Counted from the first letter of the stretch, positions 1-10,048 are shown. The stretch is 58,975 nt of DNA from Patescibacteria group bacterium (GCA_018818965.1 JAHJQX010000043.1:1-58975); one strand, 5' to 3'. The notes: generated from the letters alone by a model not told the origin. Program-made: numbers and translations.

Positions 1-600
1 ACCCTCGCCTTCTATTTTTAGTTTGCTAGTATCAATTATATTTTCTGGAGTAGCGGTAGTGGTCGTTTCACTTGTTGTCTCGGCGGCGGCTTCCCCTCCG
101 GCGGCTTCATTATTTCCTTCCTCGGTGTTGGGCGGGATTATTTCCTCAATGGTAGTATTAGCTTCTTCTCCCGAGGTGGGGTCTTCTATTTGTTCCCGAA
201 AATCTAATGATGGAGTCTCACCAATAGCAGCAATCGCCTGGCTGATATCAGTCACGCCAGCCAGCTCAACTACCAAACGGCGCTGACCACCTGCCTGGAC
301 AGTTTGGACGACCGGTTCAGAGACTCCGAGAGCATTTACCCGCCGCTCGATTACATCACGCACGCCTTCCATCGAACTGTCGTAATCTTCTGGTTGTACA
401 TTGGACAAATCAGCTTGATAAACCAAATGCGCTCCGCCTTGCAAATCTAAACCAAGGTGAACTTTTAGTTCCTTTTCATAAGGGATCTTGACGGAATTTA
501 GATTTATATTAGGACCTTTGGGCCAGTCAACCAGGCCGGCCAGGCCAGCTAACACTAATATTCCTAAAAAAGTTAACCAAATTTTGGCGCGAGTAGACAT
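1..600 (-). CDS. secD: Protein translocase subunit SecD (5' part; runs off window edge)
   Basis: Manual translation from ATG at 600: MSTRAKIWLTFLGILVLAG...LGLDLQGGAHLVY...RDVIERRVNALGVSEPVVQ...VELAGV; LGLDLQGG and ERRVN.LGV.EP are SecD signatures. Missing from the ORF track because it is open-ended. Confidence 0.93.
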   Translation of the reverse strand, partial: MSTRAKIWLTFLGILVLAGLAGLVDWPKGPNINLNSVKIPYEKELKVHLGLDLQGGAHLVYQADLSNVQPEDYDSSMEGVRDVIERRVNALGVSEPVVQTVQAGGQRRLVVELAGVTDISQAIAAIGETPSLDFREQIEDPTSGEEANTTIEEIIPPNTEEGNNEAAGGEAAAETTSETTTTATPENIIDTSKLKIEGEG

Positions 601-618
601 GGGTAAATTGAGTTCTAA

Positions 619-2052
619 TTATTGTCTAACGTATACCTGATCACCCACGTCTGCCCAATTATACAACCAAGCGGCGTTGGGTAAAGAAATATTAACACAA
701 CCGTGACTCATTGGATGACCAAAATTGTTATGCCAAAACGCTCCGTGTAAAGCATAGCCACCGTTAAAATACATTACGTGAGGGACACCCTTAATGTCAT
801 AGTTATCTGGATGATCAGGACCGTATTCCCACTCCATATCATCGCTGACCAATTTGGTATGGATATTAAAATCACCAACTGGCGTAGGGTATTTAGCTAT
901 TCCAGTTGAAACTGAAAACTCATTTTTCTTTCGCCCACCCTTATAGACCTCTAATTTCTGTTCCGAAATATCTACTTCAATGTATTTATAGATTCCTTTG
1001 CGGCCTTCCCAAACCCGCCGACCCGGTATGGCCACAATCTCAGTCGCACTACTGCTATCAATATTACCAATTGCTATCTTTACACCCCCCCGAAAATCTT
1101 GCTCATAGGGCACAATTTCTAAAGTTTTAGGATAACCGTGAGCCTCAAAAGTTCTAATATGAGGACCATTACCATTGGAACCAACAATTACCTCGTCCTC
1201 GCCATCGCGATCAATGTCACCAGCGATTACATTTGCCCCTTCTTTGTGTCCTGCGGGGAAAGCGAGGAAATCTCCCAACACTCTCTTTGAAGCATCGGAC
1301 TTATATACTTTAACTTGACCAGTGCCAAAAGTATTCTTAGCCACTATAATCTCAGCTTCATCACCACCATCAACATTGCCCACCGCCACGTCGACTCCGC
1401 CCCGGAAATCGTTTTCGAAAGGAAATATACTTAAGCCAGTAAATCCCCCAACAGCGTTAAATGATCTAACATGAGAAGTAGAATCAAGCCCGGAGCCAGT
1501 GATAATGTCATCCCAATCATCACCGTTGATATCACCAGCGGCGACATGAACCCCGCCTTTGTAACCAGGATCATAAGCTAAAAATTCGCCAACGATCGTC
1601 TTAGCGGCGTCCGCCTTGTATACTTTTACCCAAGCTTGACCATCACTGGCTTGAGAAACAATTACTTCGTCCTTGCCATCACCGTTAACATCACCAGCAG
1701 CGACATCTACCCCTCCCCGAAAGTCGGGATGAAAAGGGAAAAAGCTAAAACCAGTAGGTTGTCCCTGAGCGTTAAAAATCCGCACTTGCGGACCACCACC
1801 ACGACCAGCCCCAACGATAATTTCTTCGGTGCCGTCACCATCAACATCACCGATCGCTACATTACCGCCACCGCGGAAACCGCTGTCAAAGGCCATGAAG
1901 GTATTATTGAGATGTTTGTTGTCAGTGTCGTAGATTTTGACCTCAGGGGCGCGGCCTTCGGAAGCGAAGGCATCCTGAGAGCTTACTAAAATACCTAGTG
2001 TTGCTACTAGGCCAGTTAATGTTAGTGACGTAAAAAGTTTGTATTTTAACAT
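619..2052 (-). CDS. Secreted L,D-transpeptidase (YkuD) with N-terminal FG-GAP/VCBS repeats
   Basis: Signal peptide; repeated F(R/K)GGV.VA.GD(V/I).GDG..EII units; C-terminal HGAFWHNNFGHPMSHGCVN YkuD catalytic motif. Confidence 0.9.
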   Translation of the reverse strand: MLKYKLFTSLTLTGLVATLGILVSSQDAFASEGRAPEVKIYDTDNKHLNNTFMAFDSGFRGGGNVAIGDVDGDGTEEIIVGAGRGGGPQVRIFNAQGQPTGFSFFPFHPDFRGGVDVAAGDVNGDGKDEVIVSQASDGQAWVKVYKADAAKTIVGEFLAYDPGYKGGVHVAAGDINGDDWDDIITGSGLDSTSHVRSFNAVGGFTGLSIFPFENDFRGGVDVAVGNVDGGDEAEIIVAKNTFGTGQVKVYKSDASKRVLGDFLAFPAGHKEGANVIAGDIDRDGEDEVIVGSNGNGPHIRTFEAHGYPKTLEIVPYEQDFRGGVKIAIGNIDSSSATEIVAIPGRRVWEGRKGIYKYIEVDISEQKLEVYKGGRKKNEFSVSTGIAKYPTPVGDFNIHTKLVSDDMEWEYGPDHPDNYDIKGVPHVMYFNGGYALHGAFWHNNFGHPMSHGCVNISLPNAAWLYNWADVGDQVYVRQ

Positions 2053-2154
2053 CTTTCTGCGTTTATAATAAAAAATAACTTGCTTCTAATATAGCAAATA
2101 TACGAGAAAGCTCAATATATTGTGAGAAGTTTTTTGATATGCCAGGATATTAAA

Positions 2155-2183
2155 TTGACATAAATAGTAATTAGTGCTACACA
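2155..2183 (+). promoter_or_regulatory. sigma70-type promoter for the 2281 gene
   Basis: TTGACA-17 nt-TACACA with a TG extended -10. Confidence 0.55.
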
Positions 2184-2280
2184 GGGAAGAATGCTCTTCA
2201 AAACGGCACGAATCAATACAGTCTCTAGTTGCTATAAATAGCGATTGAGGGCTGTATTGATTCTAGCTGAGGAGAGGATA

Positions 2281-2748
2281 ATGCTACAAGTGATCGATCT
2301 GGGAAATCCGGAGTGGCTGAGTGAACTCGCTGACCTGGAGTTCCCTAAGGCCAAGGCAGCTCTGGTGGCGTTCGTGGAGGTTCACGCCGGCGACGATGCG
2401 CTCATCGCCCAGCTGGGTGATGAGCTCTTCTTCAACGACATCGGCTGGGAGATCTTCCTCGAGGCCGAGCTGGGGATTGAGCTGGAGGGACGATTAGTCG
2501 GAGCTTTCGTCAGGATCAACCGAGACAACGTTGTTCGTCTGAAGGAGTTCATCAACCAACTCCTGGTGGCCTGCGGCAGCACCTACGAGACCCACAGCTA
2601 CTGGGGTGGCACCGCCCTGGCAGCCATGCTCGAGCATGAGGACTTGTCCGAGGCAGACCTCCAGTTTGTCATCGACTCACGCACGAACCCCGATGACCTG
2701 GAGCTGTCCGAGGAGGCCGAAGTACGGTTGGAGGCGATGAGGGAGTAG
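2281..2748 (+). CDS. Acidic helical hypothetical protein
   Basis: ORF with GAGGAG RBS ahead of ATG 2281 (track start 2245 likely too early); GC-richer codons than neighbours; no family recognised. Confidence 0.7.
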   Translation: MLQVIDLGNPEWLSELADLEFPKAKAALVAFVEVHAGDDALIAQLGDELFFNDIGWEIFLEAELGIELEGRLVGAFVRINRDNVVRLKEFINQLLVACGSTYETHSYWGGTALAAMLEHEDLSEADLQFVIDSRTNPDDLELSEEAEVRLEAMRE

Positions 2749-2796
2749 TTTTCTCTCCTCAGTCAACCAGCACATTTCCCTTCGCTATACGATAAA

Positions 2797-3549
2797 TTAA
2801 GCGAAGGGTTTTTTATTTCTATACAATCTTTGAGCTAAAAGATAAATACCAAACAATAATATTACCACTGACAGATATTGTGACCCAGTCAGTCCATAAA
2901 CACGCCAATCAAAATCTCGCAGCTGATCAATAAAAAAACGGGTGAAGCTGTACCAAATTAGAAATAGAGAAATGATTACCCCCGACGTCTTTATTTTCTT
3001 CCGCAGTGGCCAGATGACGAGAAAAAATATTAGACCAACTAAACTAGAATACATGGCGGTATTGTGTCGGATCTCGCCATAATAAGTTACACCAGTAACA
3101 AAATCTGTCACTTTTCCCATATGGTCGCCTATCAGATAGCAGCCAATGCGGCCAACAAAGATGCCGGCAGCAATGGCCAGTGCTGAGATATCCGCCATTC
3201 GCCAAGTTGGCAGTTTGTGTTTACGGAAATAGAAAACAATCGCGGCAGCAGCTAGAAAGAAGCCACCGTAAAATATCGCTCCTCCTTCCCAAAGCTTGAA
3301 AATACCTATTAGATTCTGGCTATAATGGCTCCAGTGGATAATGACATACAAAAGCCGGCCACCCAACATGCCGAAAATAATACCCAGCAGCATGATATTA
3401 TACATGTGATCAGATTTGATCTGGTGACGTTTGGTCTCGGCAATACCTACCAGTAATGCTGCCAAAAACCCGAGAGCAACCATTAGACCCCAGGTTTTAA
3501 TACTGACTGGCCCAAGCGGTATTTCAGTTATGGGGTGATATGGGATCAT
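2797..3549 (-). CDS. lgt: Prolipoprotein diacylglyceryl transferase
   Basis: GGRLLYV, WEGG..FYGG, GRIGC and RFFID.LR motifs; multi-TM; start overlaps the hypA stop (TAATG). Confidence 0.88.
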   Translation of the reverse strand: MIPYHPITEIPLGPVSIKTWGLMVALGFLAALLVGIAETKRHQIKSDHMYNIMLLGIIFGMLGGRLLYVIIHWSHYSQNLIGIFKLWEGGAIFYGGFFLAAAAIVFYFRKHKLPTWRMADISALAIAAGIFVGRIGCYLIGDHMGKVTDFVTGVTYYGEIRHNTAMYSSLVGLIFFLVIWPLRKKIKTSGVIISLFLIWYSFTRFFIDQLRDFDWRVYGLTGSQYLSVVILLFGIYLLAQRLYRNKKPFA

Positions 3550-3803
3550 TATTCTCCTTTAATTTTATCTAGCCTTATATATTTGTCGCCCGTTTTCTTC
3601 AGATGCACTTTGACTCCCTCGGCAATTGTTCCCTGGCTGAGTTGATCGAGGTTAAACTTAAAATTATCAGGCGATATTTCCTCGCCGTGTTCAATAACAA
3701 CCCCCAGATCAACGTAGATGTCTGTTATTTTAGTCAATTTTTTGCTGGCGGCGAATTCTAAGACTTTTTTGAGAATTCGGTCAGCAGCGTGAAGGTCATG
3801 CAT
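3549..3803 (-). CDS. hypA: HypA-like nickel metallochaperone, short and cysteine-free
   Basis: N-terminal MHD Ni-binding motif; I.V.LG and F.F.....GTIAEG pattern; both CxxC Zn motifs absent. Confidence 0.75.
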   Translation of the reverse strand: MHDLHAADRILKKVLEFAASKKLTKITDIYVDLGVVIEHGEEISPDNFKFNLDQLSQGTIAEGVKVHLKKTGDKYIRLDKIKGE

Positions 3804-3807
3804 ATAA

Positions 3808-5067
3808 TTAATGAACGGTACAAGTAATACACGGATCGTAAGCGCGGATCAGCATTTTAATCTTGCGCTCCTTTTCCGCTTTATCCATTTTGGCCGTGGC
3901 CGGGAAATAGGCTTTAACGTCTTCTTCAAGATTAGTAATAAACTGGGCGGTAGGAGTAATAATATTCGATGCTTCGACTACGCCCTTGTCGCTCAGTTGA
4001 TACCAGTGATACAATGTTCCACGTGGAGCCTCGATACAAGCGGCGCCTTTGCCCGCTTTGAATTTGAATTTAACGCGGTCAGAACCATATTCGGCGTCTA
4101 AGACCTCGCCAAGTAATTTATTTGATTCCTCCAGACAATGAACTATCTCGACCACTTGAGCCATGACGTTGTAGAAAGAATTGTAGCAAGGTGTTTTGAT
4201 ACCAGCTGCATCCCATAATTTTTTAGCCGCCGGACTAAGCTGATCATGGTTAAGATTAATGCGCGACAAGGCACCAGCAAAAATCGGCTTTTGATTGCGC
4301 ATTACCCGCTTGACTACCTCATAGGGCCGGTGAATCTCTTTTATCTCCGCCTCATAGCCATCAGGTTCGACATTAAGACCCTTATCGCTTGTAATATTAC
4401 CCTGATATAGTCCGTATTCGTCCTCGTCATGCAGCGCCACATACTCGCTCTCACGCTCAAATTCTCGATAGTCCAACTCACCGAATAACTCACCTAGCTT
4501 TGCACAAGCCTGCAAAGTGCTCGAATATTTATCCTGTAGCTTTTGTAATTCAGCTCGGTTAGGTAGCTTCAAGAACCCACCCACCAGAGACGACACCGGA
4601 TGAACTGTCCGCCCACCTATAATTCTAATCAACTCATTACCAAAGTCACGTACCTCCAGTGCCATTTCGGTAAAACGCGGGAATTTTTTAATCAGCTCAA
4701 CGTCGTGTTTAATGTTAAAGAAATCCGACAAACATAAAAAGTAGACATGTAAGCTATGACTTTGAATAAACTGTCCATACATCATGAGCTTGCGCAGCTT
4801 AATGGTTTGTTCGGAGGGAGTGACATCGAGGGCATTTTCCAGTGCCTTGATAGCCGTGAGATGGTGTACTACCGGACAAACACCACAGACGCGAGCGACG
4901 ATTACCGGGATGTCTTTGTAGGGACGATTCAGCACCATCCGCTCAAAGAGACGCACGCCCATCTGCAGCTCCAGCTTGGCCTCGTCCATCTGGCCGTCGA
5001 TGATCTTGCCAATGAAACCAGCGTGACCTTCAATCTTGTCGATGTGATTTATTTTGAATTCTGGCAT
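3808..5067 (-). CDS. hydA: [NiFe]-hydrogenase large (alpha) subunit, group 3b-like
   Basis: KIEGH, L1 RVCGVCPVVH, GGRTVHP, EAPRGTLYH, L2 DPCITCTVH at the extreme C-terminus. Confidence 0.93.
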   Translation of the reverse strand: MPEFKINHIDKIEGHAGFIGKIIDGQMDEAKLELQMGVRLFERMVLNRPYKDIPVIVARVCGVCPVVHHLTAIKALENALDVTPSEQTIKLRKLMMYGQFIQSHSLHVYFLCLSDFFNIKHDVELIKKFPRFTEMALEVRDFGNELIRIIGGRTVHPVSSLVGGFLKLPNRAELQKLQDKYSSTLQACAKLGELFGELDYREFERESEYVALHDEDEYGLYQGNITSDKGLNVEPDGYEAEIKEIHRPYEVVKRVMRNQKPIFAGALSRINLNHDQLSPAAKKLWDAAGIKTPCYNSFYNVMAQVVEIVHCLEESNKLLGEVLDAEYGSDRVKFKFKAGKGAACIEAPRGTLYHWYQLSDKGVVEASNIITPTAQFITNLEEDVKAYFPATAKMDKAEKERKIKMLIRAYDPCITCTVH

Positions 5068-5095
5068 GAATATATTTTATTTTAATAAGTATGAT

Positions 5096-5881
5096 TTACT
5101 TAAACTTGACCGAATAAATAAATTCAGTAAACTCTGTCTCATCTAAATCTGGCCGGCGGGCAAAAACATAAAAAATAGTTGGATTATCATCGGTTGAGCG
5201 AATGTCGGTGACAAAATGTTGATCACTGCGCCAAGCCGGCTGATTAGGAAAATCGTCTATTCCTCTTTTTTTCATAATGTTATAGCGAACGGCGGGACGG
5301 TCATTTATTGTCAACTCCTCTTCAGAAAAAATATATACCGTATTGAGTGTCTGGAAGGAAGAAGCGCTAAAATATTTTACGAAAACCTGTGACTTTTCCA
5401 AATTGTTTTCACCCGTTGCTTGGGGGTCATAGAAATTAATAGCCTGAGAGTCAGCCACATACTCTGCCTGCCAATTTTCTGGGATGTCAACCTGAAAAGA
5501 GAAATTTGGGTCAACGCCGGCTAAGTCAGCCGCACTAAAAGATTTGGTTGGATTTTCTTCCACTACTTCACATTGATTGTTTTCACAAGTGCAGTCAGGC
5601 AAAGAATAGAAACTAATACTAATATCGCTTGCATTCTCTTCATTGACATTAATACAAGCTTTGGGAGTAAGTGGCTTGCATTCTTCATTTTTAGTACAAC
5701 TTTTATCACAATTTTCTGGGGCATCGTAGGCGCACTTATCTCCTAAGGGTTCTTCTGTTTTTGGCTCCTCACTTACTTTTTCATCTGATTTAGTTTCTTC
5801 TTGTTGGTCATTAGAGTTAACTGAACATCCAACTAAAAAAAGTAGGCTTAAAATAGTTATCGCTAGGTATATTTTTTTCAT
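5096..5881 (-). CDS. Lipoprotein with Cys-rich module and PsbP-like C-terminal region
   Basis: Lipobox LVGC; cluster of 8 Cys; F...IP..W and INDRPAV pattern. Confidence 0.6.
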   Translation of the reverse strand: MKKIYLAITILSLLFLVGCSVNSNDQQEETKSDEKVSEEPKTEEPLGDKCAYDAPENCDKSCTKNEECKPLTPKACINVNEENASDISISFYSLPDCTCENNQCEVVEENPTKSFSAADLAGVDPNFSFQVDIPENWQAEYVADSQAINFYDPQATGENNLEKSQVFVKYFSASSFQTLNTVYIFSEEELTINDRPAVRYNIMKKRGIDDFPNQPAWRSDQHFVTDIRSTDDNPTIFYVFARRPDLDETEFTEFIYSVKFK

Positions 5882-5905
5882 ATTTATTCTTCCTATCTAG
5901 TTAAT

Positions 5906-6466
5906 TTATTTAGAGGAAAAATTTCTAATGCCCTGACAATAAAAATAAATCGATGCTAGCTCTAAAATGCCCAACAACAATGCTCGATCGTCATTAATAA
6001 AAATTACCAAGATACCGGCCATCAAACTCATCAATATACATGAATACCAACCGTAAATTATTCTCCGTGCTAATAAAATGGTGCTAAGTATTTCTGCCGA
6101 AACAATTATGGCTTCGAATATTGGACTTAAATTATACACACCCGAAAGGGCAAATCTTAATATCATGAACATTGCCACTAAAATCGCTAATATTTCGAAA
6201 AACGTGTCTATTTTAGTATGTTGACGATATCTATCTTTTTTCCACTTATAGAAACCATACATCATTGCGACCACTACCACCACTGTTACAGCGCCAAAAA
6301 TATTGTTTCCGTTTTGAAGCAGAAATATAATCCAAGCTATCCCGCCGATAATCTTCACAACCCAACCAGCTATTTTCTTTTTCGACAGAAGCCAGTGCCC
6401 CCCCAAATAGCCAAAGCCAGCGATAAGTTCTAGAGGGCTAGTGTTTACAATTTCCTGTAAAAACAT
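5906..6466 (-). CDS. Membrane protein, PnuC-like (two internal half-repeats)
   Basis: Hydrophobic; repeated LL(S/A)..K/R...GW and YGFYKW motif. Confidence 0.45.
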   Translation of the reverse strand: MFLQEIVNTSPLELIAGFGYLGGHWLLSKKKIAGWVVKIIGGIAWIIFLLQNGNNIFGAVTVVVVVAMMYGFYKWKKDRYRQHTKIDTFFEILAILVAMFMILRFALSGVYNLSPIFEAIIVSAEILSTILLARRIIYGWYSCILMSLMAGILVIFINDDRALLLGILELASIYFYCQGIRNFSSK

Positions 6467-6471
6467 GCTAA

Positions 6472-6801
6472 CTATTTATTAGGCAGCTTTTTAAAACGTC
6501 CAATAAAATACCCTAACAAACTTCCCAAGATCAACGTCATAATAGAAATTGGGATTAGGCTTATTGGCTCTTGAGCTGCAATTATTATACCAGCTGGAAT
6601 CAAGCAAAGAAACGAGAATAAAATACCTTTAACGATATTGTTTAACTTAAGGGAGGTGGTGGCAAGAAAGAAACCAATAATCATCCACATGGAAAAAGCG
6701 GATAGATTAGCGTCCCAGCTTAGACCCTGAAAGATCATTGGGATTACGTCTAGAATTCCGGCCAAGGCACCGAAGAGGAGGCCGATTTTGATATTTTTCA
6801 T
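6472..6801 (-). CDS. Small 4-TM membrane protein
   Basis: Hydrophobic ORF with GILDVIPM motif, co-oriented with neighbours. Confidence 0.65.
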   Translation of the reverse strand: MKNIKIGLLFGALAGILDVIPMIFQGLSWDANLSAFSMWMIIGFFLATTSLKLNNIVKGILFSFLCLIPAGIIIAAQEPISLIPISIMTLILGSLLGYFIGRFKKLPNK

Positions 6802-6811
6802 TATTTTTTGC

Positions 6812-7123
6812 TTATAGCTTAGCTAAGGCTTCTTGAAATTCTTCGTCTGTAGCTTGATCACCCTTCAGGCACTCTTCTTCTTTTCCTTGCCAGTAGGGTT
6901 GGATTGACATATTTTTACGTGTTATTCTCTCGGCCAGTTCCTTATCTGTGCCAGGAATAGCGTCCATAAAAAACTTTACTCCACCGGTAAATATTTCAGC
7001 ACAGGCCTTAACGCTACCATCTTCATTGATGCAGTATTTACACAGCGGTCCCATTTCAGTCTCGATGCCAAAATCTTCTTTGTTGTTTAGTGGCATTCCA
7101 CATGAGATACAAGTCTTTCCCAT
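6812..7123 (-). CDS. Zinc-ribbon domain protein
   Basis: CISCGMP...LCKYC motif. Confidence 0.75.
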   Translation of the reverse strand: MGKTCISCGMPLNNKEDFGIETEMGPLCKYCINEDGSVKACAEIFTGGVKFFMDAIPGTDKELAERITRKNMSIQPYWQGKEEECLKGDQATDEEFQEALAKL

Positions 7124-7161
7124 ATATTTTTAGTTATATTGATATTATTGAAGTATAACAT

Positions 7162-7413
7162 TTAATCTTTCCAGTTCCACCATTTTAATTTTTCCGGATC
7201 ATGCTTTTTATGCTCGGCAAAATACACCGAGGAGCGACAAACATAAAGAACGCAACGATCTATTTGGCATCCTTGATGAGCGCAAATTTTACGATATAAC
7301 TTCTCGGGATCTTTCCCGCGCAAATCCGCAACTTTATTAATTCCAATGTTTGCAAAATCTTGGGCAATGCTTTTGCCAACGCCGGGGATTGTTTGTAAGT
7401 CTTTGATGTGCAT
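7162..7413 (-). CDS. Helix-hairpin-helix 'pathogenicity locus'/Cdd1-like protein
   Basis: IPGVG HhH, DPEKLY, DRCVLYVCR and KWWNWKD. Confidence 0.8.
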   Translation of the reverse strand: MHIKDLQTIPGVGKSIAQDFANIGINKVADLRGKDPEKLYRKICAHQGCQIDRCVLYVCRSSVYFAEHKKHDPEKLKWWNWKD

Positions 7414-7430
7414 AGGTTAGGTGAAGTTTT

Positions 7431-7658
7431 TTATCCAATAAATTCAAAGCGAGGTACCTTTTCCCCATCAATATCGACAGTTTCTAGAAACATGGCTCTA
7501 GGTCTTACCCACAGGGCATTATTCCCAAATTCGCTTGAGTTATAAAGTGCTTTGTAAACTACTAATTCTTCTAATGTCTCACTATGTCTAGCCAGACCGA
7601 TAACTTCGTATAGCTTGCCCTTGTAATGCTTATATTTTCCTGGTTTTAATTCTGCCAT
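7431..7658 (-). CDS. DUF1653 domain protein
   Basis: YKHYKG.LY.V...HSET.E.LVVY.ALY...WVRP..MF...PRF. Confidence 0.88.
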   Translation of the reverse strand: MAELKPGKYKHYKGKLYEVIGLARHSETLEELVVYKALYNSSEFGNNALWVRPRAMFLETVDIDGEKVPRFEFIG

Positions 7659-7725
7659 AATATTGTTGGATAAACATCTTTACTCCTACGGCTTGTCCAG
7701 TGATAAATGGAGTAAGTATTTCCTG

Positions 7726-8604
7726 CTAGTTTAATAGATTCTTACTTCTAAACTTTTTCTTTTTCGTCCTATTCTCTAAAAAATTACCGCCACTCACAAC
7801 CTTTTTATTTGTCTTTTCCTCTAGCTCAACTCTAGCTTTTCGGGAAATTCCACCACCTTTTTTGCCGGCTATTTTATTTTTCTCCATTCCTTTCGCCTTC
7901 ATGCTCTCAGCAATTTCTCTAGTCGACATTTCGGCCAAAGCGGTAAAAATCAACTCTGCCTCATTCATATGATCACGTAAATTCTCTCGCTTCAATGCCT
8001 TAATCTTTTTATGGTCTTTAACTGACAATCCACTCCATTCTTCATGAATAATATTTGTCAAAATCGCAAATTCTTCACCTTTCTTGATATCATTATTACT
8101 CCAATAGTCCGTTAATTTATTTCTAGTCTCTTGCCCCATCATCCTTTGCTGTATCCACTTTTGACTACGACCGTGTTTTTGCCAGTTATCTCTAGCCCTA
8201 TTAACTGATTTCTCCGGATCAATTGTTTCCTGCATCCGCTCATAGCCAACTTTTGCTAACCAAAGCTTTATGGGTTCCGCTTTTTTACTCGGCACAGATT
8301 GAACCAATCTTAAAATAGTTTTTACATCAGCTACGTCTGTTAGTCTCATTTTTCCATCCTGGGCAAGCATTTTCAACCGGTCACAATTTGTGACCACTTC
8401 ACTCCCTTCTTTTTTGAGACGGTTTTTCAGTGTTGTCCAGTAGCTTTTTGCTTTCTTGTAGTCCTTTTGGGAGGTGAGAGCGGCTACAATGTCAATTACG
8501 GAGAAATACCATGCTTCTTTCTCCTTATTAAAGTATTTTCGGATTTTGAAATCCTCGAATATTTCTATTTTATTTGATTTTGCAAGACTTTTAGGTGAGG
8601 TCAT
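7726..8604 (-). CDS. Bro-N domain (antirepressor-like) DNA-binding protein
   Basis: WYFSVIDIV, KM.A.DGKMRLTD, PSKKAEP.K.WLA, NLRDHM. Confidence 0.85.
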   Translation of the reverse strand: MTSPKSLAKSNKIEIFEDFKIRKYFNKEKEAWYFSVIDIVAALTSQKDYKKAKSYWTTLKNRLKKEGSEVVTNCDRLKMLAQDGKMRLTDVADVKTILRLVQSVPSKKAEPIKLWLAKVGYERMQETIDPEKSVNRARDNWQKHGRSQKWIQQRMMGQETRNKLTDYWSNNDIKKGEEFAILTNIIHEEWSGLSVKDHKKIKALKRENLRDHMNEAELIFTALAEMSTREIAESMKAKGMEKNKIAGKKGGGISRKARVELEEKTNKKVVSGGNFLENRTKKKKFRSKNLLN

Positions 8605-8616
8605 AATAAAAATAAA

Positions 8617-9453
8617 TTATTGTAGTTTACTAACTGCTTTATTCTCAACCAGCGACTTCATCTGAACAATAGCAATTTGGTTAAGCTGACACAACCTCTC
8701 TGACTGAGAAAGCTTTTGTCGAATGAATTCTGCATTCAAGCTTTCTAAATTAGCTAAGCAAACTAGCTGCCTAACATCGGCATAATCTCGAACGTTACCT
8801 TTTTGTTGTGGGTTTTTCTGACGCCACTGTTTGGCAGTCAGTCCAAACAAAGCTGTGTTCAAGATATCGGCTTCGCTGGCATAAACAACATTTAGCTGCT
8901 TCTTGGTGACTAAGGTGGGAATGATATGAGCTTTAATGGCGTCGGTGTGAATTCGGTAATTTATTTTCGTTAACATTCTCTTGGCATTCCAATCGAGTGC
9001 CAAGCGTTTATTTTCTTCCTCTTTAAGCCTTTGAAACTCCTTAATTAGGTAGAGTTTAAATTCTGCCGAGATCCAAGAAGCGAATTCAAAAGCGATATCT
9101 TTGTGGGCATAGGTGCCGCCATATCTTCCGGTTTTGGAAATTACACCAGTAGCATCAGTTTCTTTTGCCCAACGCTTTGGAGTTAAAGAAAAGCTATTAA
9201 GACCAGCTTGAGATTTAATTCCATCGAATTTGATGGAATTAAAATCTGGATTGTTAATTTTCTCCCAAAGCCCCAAAAATTCAATAGTGCTTCTATTTCT
9301 CATCCAGTTTTGCACGATATAATCGCTTCTGACAGAATCTTTATAGCGTGCAATATCCGTCAGTGAGATATAATCGTCCTTTTTGTGATGGAACAAACTC
9401 ACATTCACACTTCTAACAATAATCTTCTTTGATCGCGAAGATTTTCCCTCCAT
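8617..9453 (-). CDS. KilA-N domain DNA-binding protein
   Basis: DYISLTDIA, NWMRNR.TIEFLG.WE, GRYGGTYAHKDIAFEFASW. Confidence 0.88.
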   Translation of the reverse strand: MEGKSSRSKKIIVRSVNVSLFHHKKDDYISLTDIARYKDSVRSDYIVQNWMRNRSTIEFLGLWEKINNPDFNSIKFDGIKSQAGLNSFSLTPKRWAKETDATGVISKTGRYGGTYAHKDIAFEFASWISAEFKLYLIKEFQRLKEEENKRLALDWNAKRMLTKINYRIHTDAIKAHIIPTLVTKKQLNVVYASEADILNTALFGLTAKQWRQKNPQQKGNVRDYADVRQLVCLANLESLNAEFIRQKLSQSERLCQLNQIAIVQMKSLVENKAVSKLQ

Positions 9454-9486
9454 TTTGTTTCCTCCTATTTTTTTAATTTATAATTA

Positions 9487-9930
9487 CTAATTAACTTTCT
9501 TTATAAAATGCACGATTGTATTCGCTTTTGAAAAACCAAGCTTTTGATGAAATTTATGGCTATCAAGGTTGTCGATCAAGGCATCTGATCCTAGTTCTTG
9601 ACAATCGTTTTTTTTCGCCCATTTTTCAGCTATTTTGATGAATTCTTTGGCAATACCCTGGTGACGATATTTGTCTTTTACATAAATACCCTCAAGATAA
9701 GCAACTGGCTTGGAAAATGCACCCTCGACATAGTCATGGCGCAAGGATAAATTCATAAAAGCTATGGGTTCACCATTATCATCTTCGCAAAGTACTACTT
9801 TTTCATTTTTATTTTCTAATATCTCCTGAAATTCTTTTTTCAAGCTTTCCACGCTATGTTTTGGCCACAAAGCTAATCCCATCGCTAGCCACTGGTCAAA
9901 ATTTTCTTTGTTAGCTGATGTAAAATTCAT
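9487..9930 (-). CDS. GNAT acetyltransferase, aminoglycoside 6'-N-acetyltransferase AAC(6')-I-like
   Basis: LWP, LRHDYVEG...PVAYLEGIYV, E.GSDA..DN..S..FH..LGF are typical of AAC(6')-I GNATs. Confidence 0.8.
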   Translation of the reverse strand: MNFTSANKENFDQWLAMGLALWPKHSVESLKKEFQEILENKNEKVVLCEDDNGEPIAFMNLSLRHDYVEGAFSKPVAYLEGIYVKDKYRHQGIAKEFIKIAEKWAKKNDCQELGSDALIDNLDSHKFHQKLGFSKANTIVHFIKKVN

Positions 9931-10048
9931 ATTGTCAATAAGTTAAAACTTAAAATCATCACGTGAAAGTATGGCTCAAACCAGCACATTCTTCCCAGTT
10001 GCTTTTGTCGATTGGGGTTAGTTTTATTGCTTGATTATTGTTATTCAT
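9931..10048 (-). pseudogene. Internally deleted GNAT (SpeG/BltD-like) remnant
   Basis: ATG 10048 gives MNNNNQAIKLTPIDKSNWEECAGLS then a stop at 9959-9961, resembling a GNAT N-terminus. Confidence 0.45.

Noticed and set aside
7726-9453. Prophage, suggested by the Bro-N and KilA-N genes
   Set aside because: No structural, terminase or integrase genes in the window.
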